Notes: generated by a model not told the origin, from the sequence alone. Positions 1-7,628 are shown, counted from the first letter of the stretch. The stretch: 32,000 nt of DNA from Candidatus Methylomirabilis oxygeniifera (GCA_000091165.1 FP565575.1:1290001-1322000); one strand, 5' to 3'. Made by a program: numbers and translations.

Positions 1-1177
1 TGCCTTTCATGATCGTTGGCTCAATATAATAGCCGCCAGACAAACCACCGCCTATGGCAGCAATGTCACCACCTACTAACACTTCGGCGCCTTCATTTCT
101 GCCGATTTCGATATAACGTAAAATTTTATCGAATTGCTGTTTGGAGGCTTGTGCGCCGACCATCGTTTCGGTATCCAAAGGATTGCCGCGTGTTATTTGT
201 TTGGCACGCGCTATCACCTTGGCGATAAACGCATCATAGATCGATTCTTGAATGAGCAAGCGTGAGGGGCAGGTACACACTTCGCCTTGATTGAAAAAGG
301 CCAATACCGCACCTTCCACGCATTTGCTGACAAACGCATCTTCTTGATCTAAGACATCCTCGAAATAGAGATTGGGCGATTTACCGCCCAGTTCAACCGT
401 GGAAGGAATAATGTTTTCCGCCGCGCATTTCAGGATATGCGAGCCTACAGGCGTGGAACCGGTGAACGCTATTTTTGCAATCCGCTTGCTGGTGGCCAAT
501 GCCTGCCCCGCTTCCGCGCCATAGCCGTTCACGATATTGACAACGCCCGGCGGTAATAAGTCGCCGATTAATTCCATCATGACCAAAATTGATGCAGGGG
601 TTTGTTCGGCGGGCTTCATCACCACACAGTTACCCGCCGCCAGGGCAGGGGCGAGTTTCCAGCACGCCATCAATAACGGAAAATTCCAGGGAATGATCTG
701 CCCAACGACACCGAGCGGCTCGTGAAAATGATACGCCACCGTGTGTTCGTCAATTTCGCCAATGGAGCCTTCCTGGGCACGAATACAGCCGGCGAAATAG
801 CGAAAGTGGTCTACTGCCAACGGTACGTCCGCCGCCAATGTTTCACGGATGGGCTTACCGTTGTCCCACGTTTCGGCAATCGCTAATGTTTCAAGATTCG
901 CTTCGATATGGTCAGCAATTTTTAACAGGATATTTGATCTAGCGGTGACTGAAGTTTTACCCCACGCGTCTTTAGCGGCATGCGCCGCATCCAATGCCAT
1001 ATCTATGTCTTCCGCCGAAGAACGAGGTATTTCACAGAATTTCTCCCCGGTTACAGGGCTTAGGTTATCAAAGTACTGGCCTGTAACGGGAGCGACCCAG
1101 TTGCCGCCGATAAAATTACCATAACGTGGTTTGAAGTGGATTTTGCTATCCGGTTGGTTTGGGGCGATATAACGCAT
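1..1177 (-). CDS. NAD(P)+-dependent aldehyde dehydrogenase (AldB/ExaC-like); the C-terminal ~110 aa lie beyond the window edge
   Basis: Absent from the ORF track because its stop lies left of position 1. The minus-strand ATG is at 1177-1175, 5 nt after GAGGAG (revcomp of 1183-1188). My translation is [73 protein letters not shown]... I read the catalytic-Glu motif VELGGKSPN (~371-400) and the catalytic-Cys motif [13 protein letters not shown] (~250-300) directly. The frame appears open to position 1: I translated only stretches directly, and no minus-strand ORF is listed here. GC is about 50%, against about 60% elsewhere. Confidence 0.9.
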   Translation of the reverse strand, partial: MRYIAPNQPDSKIHFKPRYGNFIGGNWVAPVTGQYFDNLSPVTGEKFCEIPRSSAEDIDMALDAAHAAKDAWGKTSVTARSNILLKIADHIEANLETLAIAETWDNGKPIRETLAADVPLAVDHFRYFAGCIRAQEGSIGEIDEHTVAYHFHEPLGVVGQIIPWNFPLLMACWKLAPALAAGNCVVMKPAEQTPASILVMMELIGDLLPPGVVNIVNGYGAEAGQALATSKRIAKIAFTGSTPVGSHILKCAAENIIPSTVELGGKSPNLYFEDVLDQEDAFVSKCVEGAVLAFFNQGEVCTCPSRLLIQESIYDAFIAKVIARAKQITRGNPLDTETMVGAQASKQQFDKILRYIEIGRNEGAEVLVGGDIAAIGGGLSGGYYIEPTIMKG

Positions 1178-1279
1178 TGTTTCTCCTCGATAGATTAGGT
1201 GGAAGCAGCCTGATTATTCTATCACCACGTTCTTGATCGAAAAGTATGAAGATGCCATTGCGATGTATTTTAGGGGTGA

Positions 1280-1307
1280 ATTATAAAGCCTATCGTGTGA
1301 GAGCTAA
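1280..1307 (-). promoter_or_regulatory. Candidate sigma70 promoter for the aldehyde dehydrogenase gene
   Basis: On the minus strand: TTAGCT (revcomp of 1302-1307), a 16-nt spacer, then a perfect TATAAT (revcomp of 1280-1285). It lies about 95 nt upstream of the ATG at 1177 in an AT-rich spacer. The -35 matches only 3/6. Confidence 0.3.
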
Positions 1308-1311
1308 CCGG

Positions 1312-1346
1312 CGTAAAAAAGTTGAGCGAAACGCCGCTTTGGCTCG
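1312..1346 (-). terminator. Weak intrinsic terminator candidate downstream of the CaCA exchanger gene
   Basis: Minus-strand RNA reads GAGCCAAAGCGGCGUUUCGCUC followed by AACUUUUUUA. The stem is short (4-5 bp, AGCG/CGCU or GAGC/GCUC) but is followed by a U6 tract. It sits 20-50 nt after the TAA at 1365. Confidence 0.3.
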
Positions 1347-1364
1347 TCCGTGTTGAGCCAATTG

Positions 1365-2294
1365 TTAGGCCGCTTGCCGCTGAAGAATAGTAGCGAGGTA
1401 GGCAGCATATAGCACCAGCAGCAATATACCCCGTCTTCGTTCAATGAAGCCTGTGCGCGTAGGGTAAGTGAACACCAAGGCCACGAGACCAAATACCAAT
1501 GCAATAGTTACCTCACGCCACGCAACAGTAATGGGATGGATAGTCGCCGCGACTGCGACAATAAAAATGCCATTGAAGATATTGCTGCCAAGAATTGTTC
1601 CCAGGCCAACCTCGTCGTGTCCGCGAAGCTTGGCAATGACTGTTGTCGCAAGTTCTGGCACGGACGTACCCACCGCGACAACAGTTGCCCCAATAATGAA
1701 TTCATCGATACCAAAGGCAATGGCGATGCCTTTTGCTCCCGCCACAATGAGATTTCCGGCAGCAATAAGAAAGGCAAGGCCGACGACACACGAAAGAACA
1801 ACCAGCCACCCTCGATGTTCCCCAAGAACCTTCTCTGCGGCACTCCGTTGTTTTCGAGCCTCGATAATCGCCGCCACAAGCCAAGCGAGAAACATACTCA
1901 ACATCAGTAAACCGTCGATTCTCGAAAGCTCGCCATCCAGAAACAGAACACCCGTGATAATGGGGATCAACAACGCCACAGGAAAATCCCTCTTTACGCT
2001 GTCACGAGGACTTTGGATTCCGGAAATTACCAAGGCAAGCGCGAGAATCAGAGCAACGTTTACCACATTACTGCCAAGGGCGTCGCCAAGGGCGATTTGG
2101 GGTTTTCCCGCCATGGCAGCATTTATGGAGACTGACAATTCCGGGCTTGATGTGGCGAATGCGGCGACAGTTGCGCCGATAATGCCCGGAGAAATCCGCG
2201 CCCAATGAGCGAGGCCGACCGCACCGCGAACAAAAAGGTCGCCGCCGATACCGGCACATGCAAGACCAAAAATGAAAGCCGTATAATCGTTCAC
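1365..2294 (-). CDS. CaCA-family Na+/Ca2+ (K+-dependent type, YrbG-like) exchanger
   Basis: 309-aa polytopic ORF with a GTG start preceded by GAGG. It carries two alpha-repeat signatures, GATVAAFATSSPEL...GDALGSNVVN and GATVVAVGTSVPEL...GTILGSNIFN, typical of the CaCA/YrbG family. Codon usage is rich in T-ending codons (CTT, ATT, GTT), unlike the rest of the window. Confidence 0.88.
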   Translation of the reverse strand: MNDYTAFIFGLACAGIGGDLFVRGAVGLAHWARISPGIIGATVAAFATSSPELSVSINAAMAGKPQIALGDALGSNVVNVALILALALVISGIQSPRDSVKRDFPVALLIPIITGVLFLDGELSRIDGLLMLSMFLAWLVAAIIEARKQRSAAEKVLGEHRGWLVVLSCVVGLAFLIAAGNLIVAGAKGIAIAFGIDEFIIGATVVAVGTSVPELATTVIAKLRGHDEVGLGTILGSNIFNGIFIVAVAATIHPITVAWREVTIALVFGLVALVFTYPTRTGFIERRRGILLLVLYAAYLATILQRQAA

Positions 2295-2392
2295 TGCAAC
2301 CTCAATTATTTTACCAGCCTAACGCCGGACGTTAGGGGAGGCCGAGAACGAGAGTGGAGCGGGCACTGTAAGCCTTAGCCTGGACGCTTTGG

Positions 2393-3742
2393 TTAATCGG
2401 AGCGTCCCGCTGACGGTAGTGGCTTTGGAAGCAGCCAGAACAGGAGCAGGCTCCCTATCACTGCGCTCAATGCCGACCCAGACAGAATCCCCACCTTCGC
2501 GGCGTTGAGCAACACACCCTCCAACGCCAAGCTTGCAATGAATAGGGCCATTGTGAAACCAATGCCTGCCAGTATGCCGCCCGCTGCAAGGATGCTCCAG
2601 TTCACACCCGCTGGCAGCCTGGCAATACCCACACGCACCGCCAGCCAACTAAAGCTCACGATTCCTATAGGCTTGCCGACTCCTAAGCCTACCATAACCG
2701 CCACCGCAACAGGTTCACGAAAGTCCGTAACGTTGATCGATACCCCAGCATTTGCCAAAGCAAAGAGGGGCATGATCACAAAGCTCACCCACGGGTGCAG
2801 CGCGGTCTCAAGCCGTTCAAGGGGAGATAAAATCTCTCGTGCCGCCACCTGGATATCACGCAACGCCGCGTGGTTCTTCCCCTCATTACTCCAGCGTTCC
2901 CCTTCAACATACGCAGTAAACTGCTGGACGATCGCGTGCAGGCGGCCCGCGCTGACCCACACATGGGCCGGTGTGAGCAGACCCAAGATCACGCCGGCAA
3001 TCGTGGCATGGACCCCGGATGCATGGAACGCCAACCAGATCACTACCCCAACGATGCAATAGATCGGGACACTACGCACCCCAAGGCGGGCCATCCCTCT
3101 CACGACACCAAGACCCAGCAAGCCCAAGAAAAGCGCAGCGATGTTGATGTGGCTCGTATAGCCGATAGCGATGACCAGGATTGCGCCGATGTCGTCAGCG
3201 ATCGCGAGCGACAGGAGGACAATGCGCAAGCCCTGCGGGACTCGTGTCCCCAAGATCGCCAGACAACCAACGACAAAAGCGATGTCGGTCGCCATGGGAA
3301 TACCCCAGCCGTGCTCGCCGGGCTGTCCGAGCTGGCCCGCGAGATAGAGACTAGCCGGTACGACCATGCCGCCCGCCGCTGCAATGATGGGGAGCGCGGC
3401 CGTTCGCAGGTCTCTGAGTTCCCCAAGCACTAATTCGCGTTTGACCTCTAAGCCAACCACAAAAAAGAAAATCGCCATGAGACCGTCGTTGATCCAATGC
3501 TTTAAGGAGTGGTTCAACTCAAAAGCGCCAAGCGTGAAACCGAGTGGAGTCTTCCACAGGCTCAGAAAGGCATCTGCAAAAGACGAATTGGCGAGGCCGA
3601 GCGCAATACATGTCACGAACAGCAGGAGAATCCCACTGGCTGCCTCGATACGTAAAAAGCGCGCGAGCGGCTCGATGATACGATCGACCGGTTTCGCAGG
3701 CAGGCGAGCCAGTTCGTTAGAATGTTGAGGTTGTTGCAGCAT
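2393..3742 (-). CDS. nhaA: Na+/H+ antiporter NhaA
   Basis: 449-aa ORF with an ATG start. NhaA signature stretches are present: GIPMATDIAFVVGCLAILG and LSLAIADDIGAILVIAIGYT (the paired Asp of the ion site). The protein is polytopic throughout. Confidence 0.92.
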   Translation of the reverse strand: MLQQPQHSNELARLPAKPVDRIIEPLARFLRIEAASGILLLFVTCIALGLANSSFADAFLSLWKTPLGFTLGAFELNHSLKHWINDGLMAIFFFVVGLEVKRELVLGELRDLRTAALPIIAAAGGMVVPASLYLAGQLGQPGEHGWGIPMATDIAFVVGCLAILGTRVPQGLRIVLLSLAIADDIGAILVIAIGYTSHINIAALFLGLLGLGVVRGMARLGVRSVPIYCIVGVVIWLAFHASGVHATIAGVILGLLTPAHVWVSAGRLHAIVQQFTAYVEGERWSNEGKNHAALRDIQVAAREILSPLERLETALHPWVSFVIMPLFALANAGVSINVTDFREPVAVAVMVGLGVGKPIGIVSFSWLAVRVGIARLPAGVNWSILAAGGILAGIGFTMALFIASLALEGVLLNAAKVGILSGSALSAVIGSLLLFWLLPKPLPSAGRSD

Positions 3743-3824
3743 ATGGCACCCCTACATCTGATTCGGTTTCTGCGAAGTCGACATTCGCGGCAAGCAGGTT
3801 CGAGCCGGCCGCGCGGGATACGCG

Positions 3825-4247
3825 CTACTCCTGCTGAATCGAACTCAGATAGTCAGTGAGGGCTCGTGAGTGCAGCAGTGAAATGTAGCCCGGGTAGTCT
3901 TCACGTTGACGCTCGGTCTCGAACACCGCTCCCCAGACAGGCATCTCCCTCGTACCATGCTCAGCTACTGCTCGCCTACCGTCGATGATGTGCATCACAT
4001 AGCTCTCATCAAATCGCCCGCCGCGACGCTTTGTGATCAGTCGAAGGTTGGATGGGGGTCGTCGTAAGGATGCTGCCAACGAACCGTTTCCGTCTCCGGA
4101 CTCACCGTGACACGAGGCGCAGTGCCGACGATAGAGGGCCTGTCCGGTAGGCGGCTCCGGAGTGCTACGGCACGAGACGAGCATCGGACTGACAGCGAAC
4201 GCGAGGACGGCAGCTCTCATAGCGATTCTAGTTAGCTTATCGACCAT
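3825..4247 (-). CDS. Monoheme c-type cytochrome, predicted lipoprotein
   Basis: I prefer the internal ATG at 4247 (AGGAAGG RBS 7 nt upstream) to the 193-aa track ORF, which overlaps the upstream gene. The N-terminus MVDKLTRIAMRAAVLAFAVSPMLVSC ends in the lipobox LVSC. It has a single CASCH heme-binding motif and a distal Met candidate in REMPVWG. Confidence 0.8.
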   Translation of the reverse strand: MVDKLTRIAMRAAVLAFAVSPMLVSCRSTPEPPTGQALYRRHCASCHGESGDGNGSLAASLRRPPSNLRLITKRRGGRFDESYVMHIIDGRRAVAEHGTREMPVWGAVFETERQREDYPGYISLLHSRALTDYLSSIQQE

Positions 4248-4273
4248 TTCAAACCTTCCTTTGCGACGTCCAA

Positions 4274-4480
4274 TCAAGCAACGACTGAGATTTTCACCGG
4301 CTCTGTGAGCGCCTCTCCGACAAGGTGCCGGCTCCACAGCCCGCTCATCGTGACAGCCAGGCACCCCATGACCAAGAGGAATGTTTCCAGCTCCTCCTCC
4401 ACCCAACGGACGGAGAAAGGCAACACCAGGACAAGCCCCATGATCAGCCCCAGTCCGATGATTATGGTGATCTCTGACAT
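4274..4480 (-). pseudogene. 68-aa ORF resembling only the N-terminus of a DUF1646-family (predicted cation transporter) protein; a truncated remnant that may still be translated
   Basis: The sequence is MSEITIIIGLGLIMGLVLVLPFSVRWVEEELETFLLVMGCLAVTMSGLW... From memory it matches the N-terminal pattern of DUF1646 proteins (..VLPF..K.VE.NLE.FLF.MG..). Full-length members are about 350 aa as far as I recall. Here the ORF stops at 4274 and the cytochrome c gene starts 26 nt later. It has a good RBS (GGAGG 9 nt before the ATG at 4480). The family assignment rests on recollection and is not verified. Confidence 0.45.
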
Positions 4481-4513
4481 CGTCTTTTGCCTCCAGGCTT
4501 GCGGTCGCAGGCG

Positions 4514-4554
4514 AATAAAATAAAAAGCCGCCTCCGCTTCACGCGGATGGCGGC
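4514..4554 (-). terminator. Intrinsic terminator forming the 3' part of leader element copy 1
   Basis: Minus-strand RNA reads GCCGCCAUCCGC-GUGAA-GCGGAGGCGGC (11 bp with one bulged A) followed by UUUUUAUUUUAUU. It lies about 35 nt upstream of the ATG at 4480, inside a 5' leader rather than after a gene. Confidence 0.8.
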
Positions 4555-4602
4555 CCGACCACCCTCTCTCCTCCGGAAATAGGTAATCGCTATCTCCGGA
4601 CC
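4514..4602 (-). promoter_or_regulatory. Structured 5' leader element, copy 1 (candidate riboswitch or transcription attenuator)
   Basis: Minus-strand RNA reads GGUCCGGAGAUAGCGAUUACCUAUUUCCGGAGGAGAGAGGGUGGUCGGGCCGCCAUCCGCGUGAAGCGGAGGCGGCUUUUUAUUUU. It has an 11-bp hairpin (UCCGGAGAUAG/CUAUUUCCGGA), a purine-rich linker and a terminator. A possible antiterminator, GGGUGG-UCGGGCCG-CCAUCC, overlaps the terminator 5' arm. A second copy is at 20206-20292, with a 37-nt identical core (4543-4579 equals 20233-20269). Confidence 0.6.
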
Positions 4603-4626
4603 TCTTAGAATAAATCCGTTACGTTT

Positions 4627-4656
4627 TTTATATCATGGAAATGAGTGTGGTGACCA
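4627..4656 (-). promoter_or_regulatory. Candidate sigma70 promoter (extended -10) for the leader and cation operon
   Basis: On the minus strand: TGGTCA (revcomp of 4651-4656), an 18-nt spacer, then TGaTATAAA (the -10 TATAAA is revcomp of 4627-4632, preceded by TG). The predicted start is about 20 nt upstream of the leader hairpin. Confidence 0.35.
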
Positions 4657-4717
4657 GCAAAACTCCTACCATGTTGCAGGGGTTGGCGCGGAGCCGATTG
4701 ACCTTGCCATGCTCCAG

Positions 4718-5497
4718 TTAACAGGCTGTACCCATCCATCGGAGAAGTGCAATCACTTCCTTCACGTCCCGCACGTAATAGTGGGCCTTTGAGCCCGCAT
4801 AGGCGCCAACCTGTATCGTGATGCCCTCGGGCAGCGCCCCGAATGCACCTCCATCCGTGTGATCGTCACCGATGTAAATCGGCAGGACTGAGCGTCGGTG
4901 AATTTCCTTCATCAACCACAGCGCGGCATGACCTTTTATCCAGTTGAGCCTGGGACAGAGTTCGATAATCTTCCTTCCGAAAAGGACTGTCAGTTCCGAA
5001 GAACGAACAAGGGGAAGTATTTCGCACACGAATCTCCCTATGAGATGCCTCTCCAGTTCGGTAGACAATAACCGGTAATGCAGGCTGACTGAAAGGCCTT
5101 TGTCCTCGACGAGCACGCCAGGGATATCTGCCACTACACTGACGAGCTGCGACCGAATACGGGCGACGGTTTCCTGAAAAGACCGCGGCACGATTACCTT
5201 GGCCTGCCGACCAACTTGCCACATCTCCCATCCGTGATTGCCGATATAGATCAGGTTTCGCACCCCCACCCGCCGTCGCAGCTCGTTGATCGGTCGTTCG
5301 CTGATCACGGCAACTGTGATTCGAGGATGGTGTGAGAGCGCCCGGAGCACCGACCGTATCGAAGCGGGAAGCGTCGCCTGCTCCGGGGTGGGAGCGATCC
5401 GCATCAGTGTGCCGTCGTAATCCAGGAGCAGCAAGGTGTGACTACTGCTCACTATTTCTGCCGCAACCCGCGGCCACTGGGACCAGAGCTGTTCCAT
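4718..5497 (-). CDS. otsB: Trehalose-6-phosphate phosphatase (HAD-IIB)
   Basis: 259-aa ORF. HAD motif I is LLLDYDGTL, and IYIGNHG and IYIGDDHTDGGAF (motif IV) are present. The layout is typical of OtsB. No otsA is present in the window. Confidence 0.8.
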   Translation of the reverse strand: MEQLWSQWPRVAAEIVSSSHTLLLLDYDGTLMRIAPTPEQATLPASIRSVLRALSHHPRITVAVISERPINELRRRVGVRNLIYIGNHGWEMWQVGRQAKVIVPRSFQETVARIRSQLVSVVADIPGVLVEDKGLSVSLHYRLLSTELERHLIGRFVCEILPLVRSSELTVLFGRKIIELCPRLNWIKGHAALWLMKEIHRRSVLPIYIGDDHTDGGAFGALPEGITIQVGAYAGSKAHYYVRDVKEVIALLRWMGTAC

Positions 5498-5542
5498 TTG
5501 GGCTTAGGGGGCCAGGCCATTGACTTCCACCCGAACCACGGA

Positions 5543-6211
5543 TCAGAACCTCCTCCCAGTTCGGCGCGAGCCCTCGATCGCGACTCGGACAAGCTGACTG
5601 CGTGTCCGTACGCCGGTCTTTTGAAACAAATGCTGCAGCGTCGCCTTCACTGCGCCCTCCGTGACTCCGAGTCTGGCAGCGGTTTCCTTATTCGTGAGGC
5701 CCTCAAATACAGCCTGAAGCACCTGTTCCTCTCGTTCGGTGAGGCGCTTGTGACCCTCTTGGTCCTCAGGCTGATTAACCGCATCGGCGATGAGTTGGAT
5801 GACTCTCTCATCGACCCATACCACTCCACTCACGACCAGCCGAATCGCGTTGACGAGGGCGTCGGGCGGACTGTGCTTGAGAAAGATACCCGATGCGCCG
5901 AGCTTCAATGCAATTGAGGATTCCGCCGCGCTCATCCCCGCAGTGACCATTAAGATTTTCCCGGAATAGCCTCCCCCGCGAGCTGCTGAGATAAGTTGAC
6001 TTCCGTGATCCTCTCCGAGATCGAAGTCCAGCAATACAACATCAACGGGTCCCCGGCTCAGGATCTCAATCGCCTCGGCTGAGGTACCGCAGACGCCTAC
6101 TATTTCGAAATCGGGCTCCGATTGCAGAAGCCGGCTCAAGCCCTCTCGAAAGAGGATGTGATCGTCAAGCAACAGCACCCGTATTCGCTTCATGTCAGCC
6201 TGTACTTCCAT
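5543..6211 (-). CDS. NarL/FixJ-family response regulator (REC + LuxR-type HTH)
   Basis: The receiver domain reads MKRIRVLLLDDHILFREGL...VVLLDFDLGEDHG. The C-terminal HTH reads LTEREEQVLQAVFEGLTNKETAARLGVTEGAVKATLQHLFQKTGVRTRSQLV. An alternative start at 6193 (MKRIRV) is equally plausible. The gene overlaps or abuts the kinase stop at 6195. Confidence 0.9.
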   Translation of the reverse strand: MEVQADMKRIRVLLLDDHILFREGLSRLLQSEPDFEIVGVCGTSAEAIEILSRGPVDVVLLDFDLGEDHGSQLISAARGGGYSGKILMVTAGMSAAESSIALKLGASGIFLKHSPPDALVNAIRLVVSGVVWVDERVIQLIADAVNQPEDQEGHKRLTEREEQVLQAVFEGLTNKETAARLGVTEGAVKATLQHLFQKTGVRTRSQLVRVAIEGSRRTGRRF

Positions 6212-7628
6212 AATTCGTCTCAGTAGAACCGGCTACTGCCAGGTCAATGACAAAGGAGCACCCTGGTACCGTTGGATCGTACCGGAGATCCCCGCGAAAC
6301 GATCGCACGAGCGCTCGAGAGAGAAATAAACCGAGGCCCGTTGACTCGGCACCTGCTTGAAACGGTCGAAACAGCGTGTCGGCCGAACCGATCCCAGGGC
6401 CCGTGTCGGTCACCCGGATGGCCACGCGGCCTTCCCCGACAGAGACGGAGATAGCGATTCGCCTCACGCCGGCGCGCTCCAAGGCTCGCTCGGCGTTCTT
6501 TGTCAGGTTCAGCAGGGCCTGCAATAAGAGGTGACGATCGGCCCACACCGAAGGAAGTCCTTCAGGGATCTCCCAGTGCACTGTAATGCCGGCCTCCTCG
6601 CAGGACGACTCCAGGACGATCCGCAAACTGTCGAACAACTCAACGAGGTCGGCCCCGTCGATCTGGGCAGTCCTTGTTCCGCTTGTACTGTGTTTGAGCT
6701 CCAATGAGGCGATCTTATTCAGCGTCTCTACCAGCGAGCCCAGAGCTTCGAAATCCTTATTCGCCACCAGCCGCCCGCTCCGAGCGAGGTTCTCGTAGAG
6801 AACGGCGATCGCGCTACACACGTTTCGGATTTCATGCGAGACTGCTCCGACAACGACTCGTGAACCCGCCAGGAGGTGCTCAAAACTCGACTCCTCGCGT
6901 TCCCTCAACTCTTCCGAAAGATCGACGATCAAGGCGGCCAGGCGGGGCCCTGCCGCGGTCGCGTAGGTTGAGAAGAAGACACGAGCCGGGAAGATGCTGC
7001 CGTCTTCTCGCGACCCACGGCATTGCATTTCGGTCCGAAAGGTCTGACGTGTGGTCTCAACAGACGGGACCGAGCCCAAGGCCGCAACATAACGGCTGAT
7101 ATTTCTCCCAGGCAGGTCTCCATTCGGCGCTCCGAACAGGCGGTGCGCCGATGAATTTGCCTGAAGAATTGCGCCGTCGCCGGCCATGGTCAGGATTGCA
7201 ACGGGGCTGCTGTCGATGAGAAATGCTAACTGCTCCTCCGCTTGGCGCCGAGCCACGACTTCCTGTTCGATCCGCTGGACGTGTTCCATCTCCCCTCGGC
7301 GGCTCCTGATCACCTCATGAACGAACAACCCCGCCCCTGTCAATGCGGCGAAAGCCGAAACGTCGCTGAGCAGTCCAACGCTGAGAGCAGTAGGAAAAGG
7401 GTCAAAGAGATCGGAGAGCACCGTGCAAAGAACCGCCGTCAGCGCGATCGCCCCGCGCGGCAGCACACTAGCCGCCAGCATCACGGGAAACACATACAGG
7501 AACCCGAACGAGACATTAACGGCCACACGCCAATCGATGACGGCGACGGCTCCAATGACAATTACCGCACAGGTCAGTACGATAGGTCTTCTGGCGACGA
7601 ACGGAGCAAAAATCATGACCCGGTCCAC
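6195..7628 (-). CDS. Membrane-bound PAS sensor histidine kinase
   Basis: 477 aa with a GTG start, GGAGGAGG 9 nt upstream. It has an N-terminal multi-TM region with no large periplasmic loop and a PAS-like segment (LAFLIDSSPVAILTMAGDGAILQAN...). The H-box is VVGAVSHEIRNVCSAI. The HATPase_c N/G boxes are LLNLTKNAERA, DTGPGI and GLGLFLSRALV. Confidence 0.88.
   Translation of the reverse strand: MDRVMIFAPFVARRPIVLTCAVIVIGAVAVIDWRVAVNVSFGFLYVFPVMLAASVLPRGAIALTAVLCTVLSDLFDPFPTALSVGLLSDVSAFAALTGAGLFVHEVIRSRRGEMEHVQRIEQEVVARRQAEEQLAFLIDSSPVAILTMAGDGAILQANSSAHRLFGAPNGDLPGRNISRYVAALGSVPSVETTRQTFRTEMQCRGSREDGSIFPARVFFSTYATAAGPRLAALIVDLSEELREREESSFEHLLAGSRVVVGAVSHEIRNVCSAIAVLYENLARSGRLVANKDFEALGSLVETLNKIASLELKHSTSGTRTAQIDGADLVELFDSLRIVLESSCEEAGITVHWEIPEGLPSVWADRHLLLQALLNLTKNAERALERAGVRRIAISVSVGEGRVAIRVTDTGPGIGSADTLFRPFQAGAESTGLGLFLSRALVRSFRGDLRYDPTVPGCSFVIDLAVAGSTETNYGSTG

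Noticed and set aside
1240-1257. A possible sigma54 promoter (TGGCAT...) upstream of the aldehyde dehydrogenase, considered because some ethanol/aldehyde oxidation genes are sigma54-dependent.
   Set aside because: The -24 GG is present, but no GC dinucleotide occurs at the required -12 spacing (the sequence reads TGGCATCTTCATACTT). The element does not fit TGGCAC-N5-TTGC.
2325-2343. Hairpin CCTAACG-ccgga-CGTTAGG between nhaA and the CaCA gene, considered as an internal terminator.
   Set aside because: The minus-strand RNA has no U-tract after the stem (CUGGUAAAAUAAUU follows). The stem is only 7 bp. It may modulate mRNA stability, but I cannot support a terminator call.
3825-4406. N-terminally extended versions of several track ORFs: 3825-4406, 10817-12220, 12805-14358, 14890-16200, 16124-16618, 19570-20274, 22950-23498, 30090-30497 and 30531-31289.
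   Set aside because: The extensions overlap the preceding gene or a terminator hairpin, are Arg/Gly-rich, and lack an RBS. Internal starts with clear Shine-Dalgarno sequences give canonical N-termini (signal peptide or lipobox, or conserved family starts). I therefore used the shorter coordinates.
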